Program-made: the position numbers and the translations under genes
IMG/VR virus record: IMGVR_UViG_3300020151_002484
Coordinates: 1 to 48,063 of that record
Length of the DNA: 48,063 nucleotides
Strand: one strand, 5' to 3'
Source: a virus
Taxonomy: Duplodnaviria; Caudoviricetes
Shown here: positions 45,790-48,063 of the stretch, in pieces
How positions within the stretch are numbered: position 1 is the first letter of the stretch
How the letters are laid out: each line of letters opens with the position of its first letter
The notes under the pieces: model-generated
Told to the model about the DNA's origin: nothing
The model's database searches: none
What the model saw: the letters and a program-made list of their open reading frames with translations, nothing else

Positions 45790-46423
45790 AGCTAAACCAC
45801 TATCTAAAGAAATGATAGTGGCGGCAATGAATAAAACTAAGTCAAATAAAGCCGCCGCTCGTTACTTAAATGTATCTTATATTCACTATAAGAAATGGGC
45901 TAAACTTTATCAAGATGCTGTAACAGGTGAAGTATTATTTGATAAACATAAAAACCAATCAGGTAAAGGTATTCCTAAATTCTTAAGTAATGGTAATCCT
46001 AGAAAAGATTTCGCATTATTAGATTTAATTGAAGGTAGAATCGATCCATCATCATTCAATCCAGCTAAAATTAAATATAGACTTATACAAGAAGGGTATT
46101 TAAAGGAGGAATGTACTTCGTGTGGTTTCCATGAACGTAGAGTATTAGATTATAAAATGCCATTAATAATGAACTTTAGAGATGGCAACAAACAACACTA
46201 TAGATTAGATAATATTCAATTACTATGTTACAATTGCTACTACCTCCAGATTGGAGATTTATTTACAGGTAAACAAATTGAAGGGATGGAAGACCATATA
46301 TCTAAAAATGAATCTAAAGTGGATTGGGAAGTAGATGATTACACTCAACAACGACTTAAAGAATTAGGTTTATATGATTCTAAACCTGTTGATGATGGTT
46401 CTGAATTTATTTCTCGTCTTTAA
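45782..46423 (+). CDS. HTH plus degenerate HNH/zinc-finger protein
   Basis: N-terminal helix-turn-helix (SNKAAARYLNVSYIHYKKWA), then CTSC...LIMNFRDGN...NIQLLCYNC. Confidence 0.7.
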   Translation: MPKAKPLSKEMIVAAMNKTKSNKAAARYLNVSYIHYKKWAKLYQDAVTGEVLFDKHKNQSGKGIPKFLSNGNPRKDFALLDLIEGRIDPSSFNPAKIKYRLIQEGYLKEECTSCGFHERRVLDYKMPLIMNFRDGNKQHYRLDNIQLLCYNCYYLQIGDLFTGKQIEGMEDHISKNESKVDWEVDDYTQQRLKELGLYDSKPVDDGSEFISRL

Positions 46424-46431
46424 TATTTATA
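46424..46431 (+). promoter_or_regulatory. TATTTATA motif before the start codon
   Basis: Fills most of the 11-nt gap before ATG 46435. Confidence 0.4.
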
Positions 46432-46434
46432 ACC

Positions 46435-46620
46435 ATGGTTAAAAAAATACCATTGCTTAAAAAAAGTAAGCATAAAAAACATGATGCTATTGTTAATGAC
46501 TTTGAAAGTCAAAAGAACAAACAACTTGAAAAATTAGCAACAAAAAGCTTGGCTGAGCAAGAAAAACTTAGTAGATTAAAGGAAAAGAACATCAAAACAG
46601 ATTTTTTTAAATTATTTTAA
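46435..46620 (+). CDS. Small basic hypothetical protein
   Basis: 61-aa Lys-rich ORF. Confidence 0.6.
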   Translation: MVKKIPLLKKSKHKKHDAIVNDFESQKNKQLEKLATKSLAEQEKLSRLKEKNIKTDFFKLF

Positions 46621-46622
46621 CT

Positions 46623-46955
46623 ATGGTAGCAGAAATTACAGTAAACAATTCAGATGAATTTCAAGAATTGGTAGACCAAAAAGATTTTAGAATATCTAAA
46701 GCAATTGTAGAAGGTATTTTAGATAATGTTAAGTCAAAGAAAAAACATGTTCATGTTTTATCTATTACTTGTCTTGAGGAAGGAGAGATATATGATATTA
46801 CTGTTGAACGTAAACACTTTGCTGAAACATTAGAAGAAAATTTACCTTATTATATTAGGGAAGAACAATATGAGGATTGTAGTCGTATTGTAAGAACAAT
46901 TGATGAGTTAAAAAATCCTGTTGTTAAGCAAAGAGGTAGACCAAAGAAATCTTAA
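46623..46955 (+). CDS. Hypothetical protein with UVR-like helix and C-terminal AT-hook
   Basis: EEQYEDCSRIVRTI, ending KQRGRPKKS. Confidence 0.7.
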   Translation: MVAEITVNNSDEFQELVDQKDFRISKAIVEGILDNVKSKKKHVHVLSITCLEEGEIYDITVERKHFAETLEENLPYYIREEQYEDCSRIVRTIDELKNPVVKQRGRPKKS

Positions 46956-46960
46956 TTTAG

Positions 46961-46990
46961 TTAGGCTATTTAAAGCCTTATTATTATATT
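46961..46990 (+). promoter_or_regulatory. Conserved promoter YTWGG-N19-TATATT
   Basis: TTAGG(46961-46965), 19 nt, TATATT(46985-46990). ATG at 47010. Confidence 0.7.
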
Positions 46991-47009
46991 TAAAACAAAA
47001 ATAAATGTT

Positions 47010-47321
47010 ATGAAAAATTTAATCACAGAAGAGTTCAAAGAAAAATTCAAAGCAGCATTTGCTCGCTTTATGAACATTACTATTGTAGCATCAACTTTGA
47101 TTGCTGGTTTTGGTCTAGGTTATTACTTTAATGAGTTAAAGATGAAACCTAAATCAGTTAATGAAACTATTCTTAACAAAGAAGTTAGAATCGCTATTGA
47201 TTCAGAAAACAAATTGATTATGATGGACCGTAAAACTGGAGGCTATACTATCTATAGTGATTCAATAGGTCAAATCATTTTTAAAATGTATGCTTCTAAA
47301 ATTGTTAATCCTATTAACTAA
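47010..47321 (+). CDS. Single-TM membrane protein
   Basis: Hydrophobic segment ITIVASTLIAGFGLGYYF. Confidence 0.7.
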   Translation: MKNLITEEFKEKFKAAFARFMNITIVASTLIAGFGLGYYFNELKMKPKSVNETILNKEVRIAIDSENKLIMMDRKTGGYTIYSDSIGQIIFKMYASKIVNPIN

Positions 47322-47328
47322 TTAAAAT

Positions 47329-47862
47329 ATGTTTGCTAAATTGAAAAGTTGGTATTTGATTATTATTCTAGGTATTATTATAGCTATGTTCTATAATATT
47401 AATAGAAGAATGGATGATTTTGAAGACAAATTAGATTTAGCTGCTGGAACAACATCACTCCAGATGTATGAATCAATTGAACACTGGAGTGATAGTTTCA
47501 ATATTCCTAAACATATTGCTTACAATGTTGCCTATTTAGAAACACGTTACCAAGGTCCATTTGATTTTGATTATGAACATCGTAAAACATCATCTGCTGG
47601 TGCTGTAGGGCCTATGCAAATTATTACAAGATGGGCTCAACCATATGCTAAGAAACGTGTTACTACAAAAGAATTACGTAACAATATTGATTTGAATGTT
47701 ATGATTAGTATGAAAATGCTTCACAAATGGTATTCAATTCATCATGATTGGACATTAGCTTGTGGCGCATATAATTCAGGACGGCCCATTAGAAATGATT
47801 ATGCTGTTTATGCTACTACTAATAAGGATTATAAAGAAAAGTGGGATCGAATTTATGAATAA
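47329..47862 (+). CDS. Membrane-anchored lytic transglycosylase (SLT domain)
   Basis: N-terminal TM, catalytic LET, SSAGAVGPMQI, AYNSG. Confidence 0.88.
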   Translation: MFAKLKSWYLIIILGIIIAMFYNINRRMDDFEDKLDLAAGTTSLQMYESIEHWSDSFNIPKHIAYNVAYLETRYQGPFDFDYEHRKTSSAGAVGPMQIITRWAQPYAKKRVTTKELRNNIDLNVMISMKMLHKWYSIHHDWTLACGAYNSGRPIRNDYAVYATTNKDYKEKWDRIYE

Positions 47863-47880
47863 GTTGCCGTATGTATTAGC

Positions 47881-48036
47881 ATGGCAGCAGCAAAATCTAA
47901 AAAAACGACCCTAAGTGCATCTTCACTTTACAAAACAAAACCTAAAAAATCAAGAAAAGGTATTGTAGCTAAAACAAAAACAAGTAAAACAAAAACATCT
48001 AAGTTATATAAAAAATTATCAGTAGGACAAGGTTAA
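47881..48036 (+). CDS. Small very basic protein, 51 aa (not in ORF track)
   Basis: MAAAKSKKTTLSASSLYKTKPKKSRKGIVAKTKTSKTKTSKLYKKLSVGQG. Confidence 0.7.
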   Translation: MAAAKSKKTTLSASSLYKTKPKKSRKGIVAKTKTSKTKTSKLYKKLSVGQG

Positions 48037-48043
48037 AACATTT

Positions 48044-48063
48044 ATGAGCAAAACAAGTAACAA
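48044..48063 (+). CDS. 5' start of a downstream gene (partial)
   Basis: ATG at 48044 (MSKTSN...) is open to the window end. Confidence 0.4.

Noticed and set aside
14047-46431. T4-type late promoters TATAAATA driving minus-strand genes
   Set aside because: No credible minus-strand genes lie downstream. The octamers sit directly before + strand starts.
1-48063. Bacterial chromosome origin (groEL, apt, hpt, folE, rml genes)
   Set aside because: Family B polymerase, gp32-like SSB, gp44/62-like loader, single-strand dense packing and many tiny unknown ORFs indicate a phage.
1-48063. Stop-codon reassignment
   Set aside because: Conserved proteins are full length under the standard code, and TAA, TGA and (at least once) TAG act as stops.

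Overview
AT-rich, gene-dense segment with every credible gene on the + strand. It is best explained as part of a large lytic dsDNA phage with T4-like replication genes, probably infecting a Bacteroidota/Flavobacteriia host: promoters resemble the Bacteroidota type and starts are A-rich without Shine-Dalgarno sites. Layout: (1) 0.8-7.1 kb, replication and recombination genes (gp32-like SSB, RecA/UvsX, 5'-3' exonuclease, DnaB-like helicase, class II B12-dependent RNR). (2) 9.3-16.8 kb, a 7-deazaguanine cluster (divergent TGT/DpdA-like protein, queC, queD, queE, folE) interleaved with a DenV-like glycosylase, thioredoxins, a thioesterase, a secreted nuclease, an HPRT and a dUTPase-fold enzyme. 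(3) 16.8-26 kb, DNA polymerase B, clamp, GroES/GroEL, clamp loader and a Cas4-like nuclease. (4) 26.3-44.9 kb, an ~18.6 kb glycosyltransferase/nucleotide-sugar island with a split transketolase, B12 radical SAM enzyme, ColD-like 3-dehydratase, methyltransferases and an MTAN+APT salvage pair, but no export machinery. (5) 45-48 kb, small regulatory or DNA-binding genes and a membrane-anchored lytic transglycosylase. A 30-bp promoter, YTWGG-N19-TATATT, occurs seven times with exact spacing. I saw no tRNA, rRNA, CRISPR array, IS element or intein. All calls come from motif recognition by eye; no database search was run.
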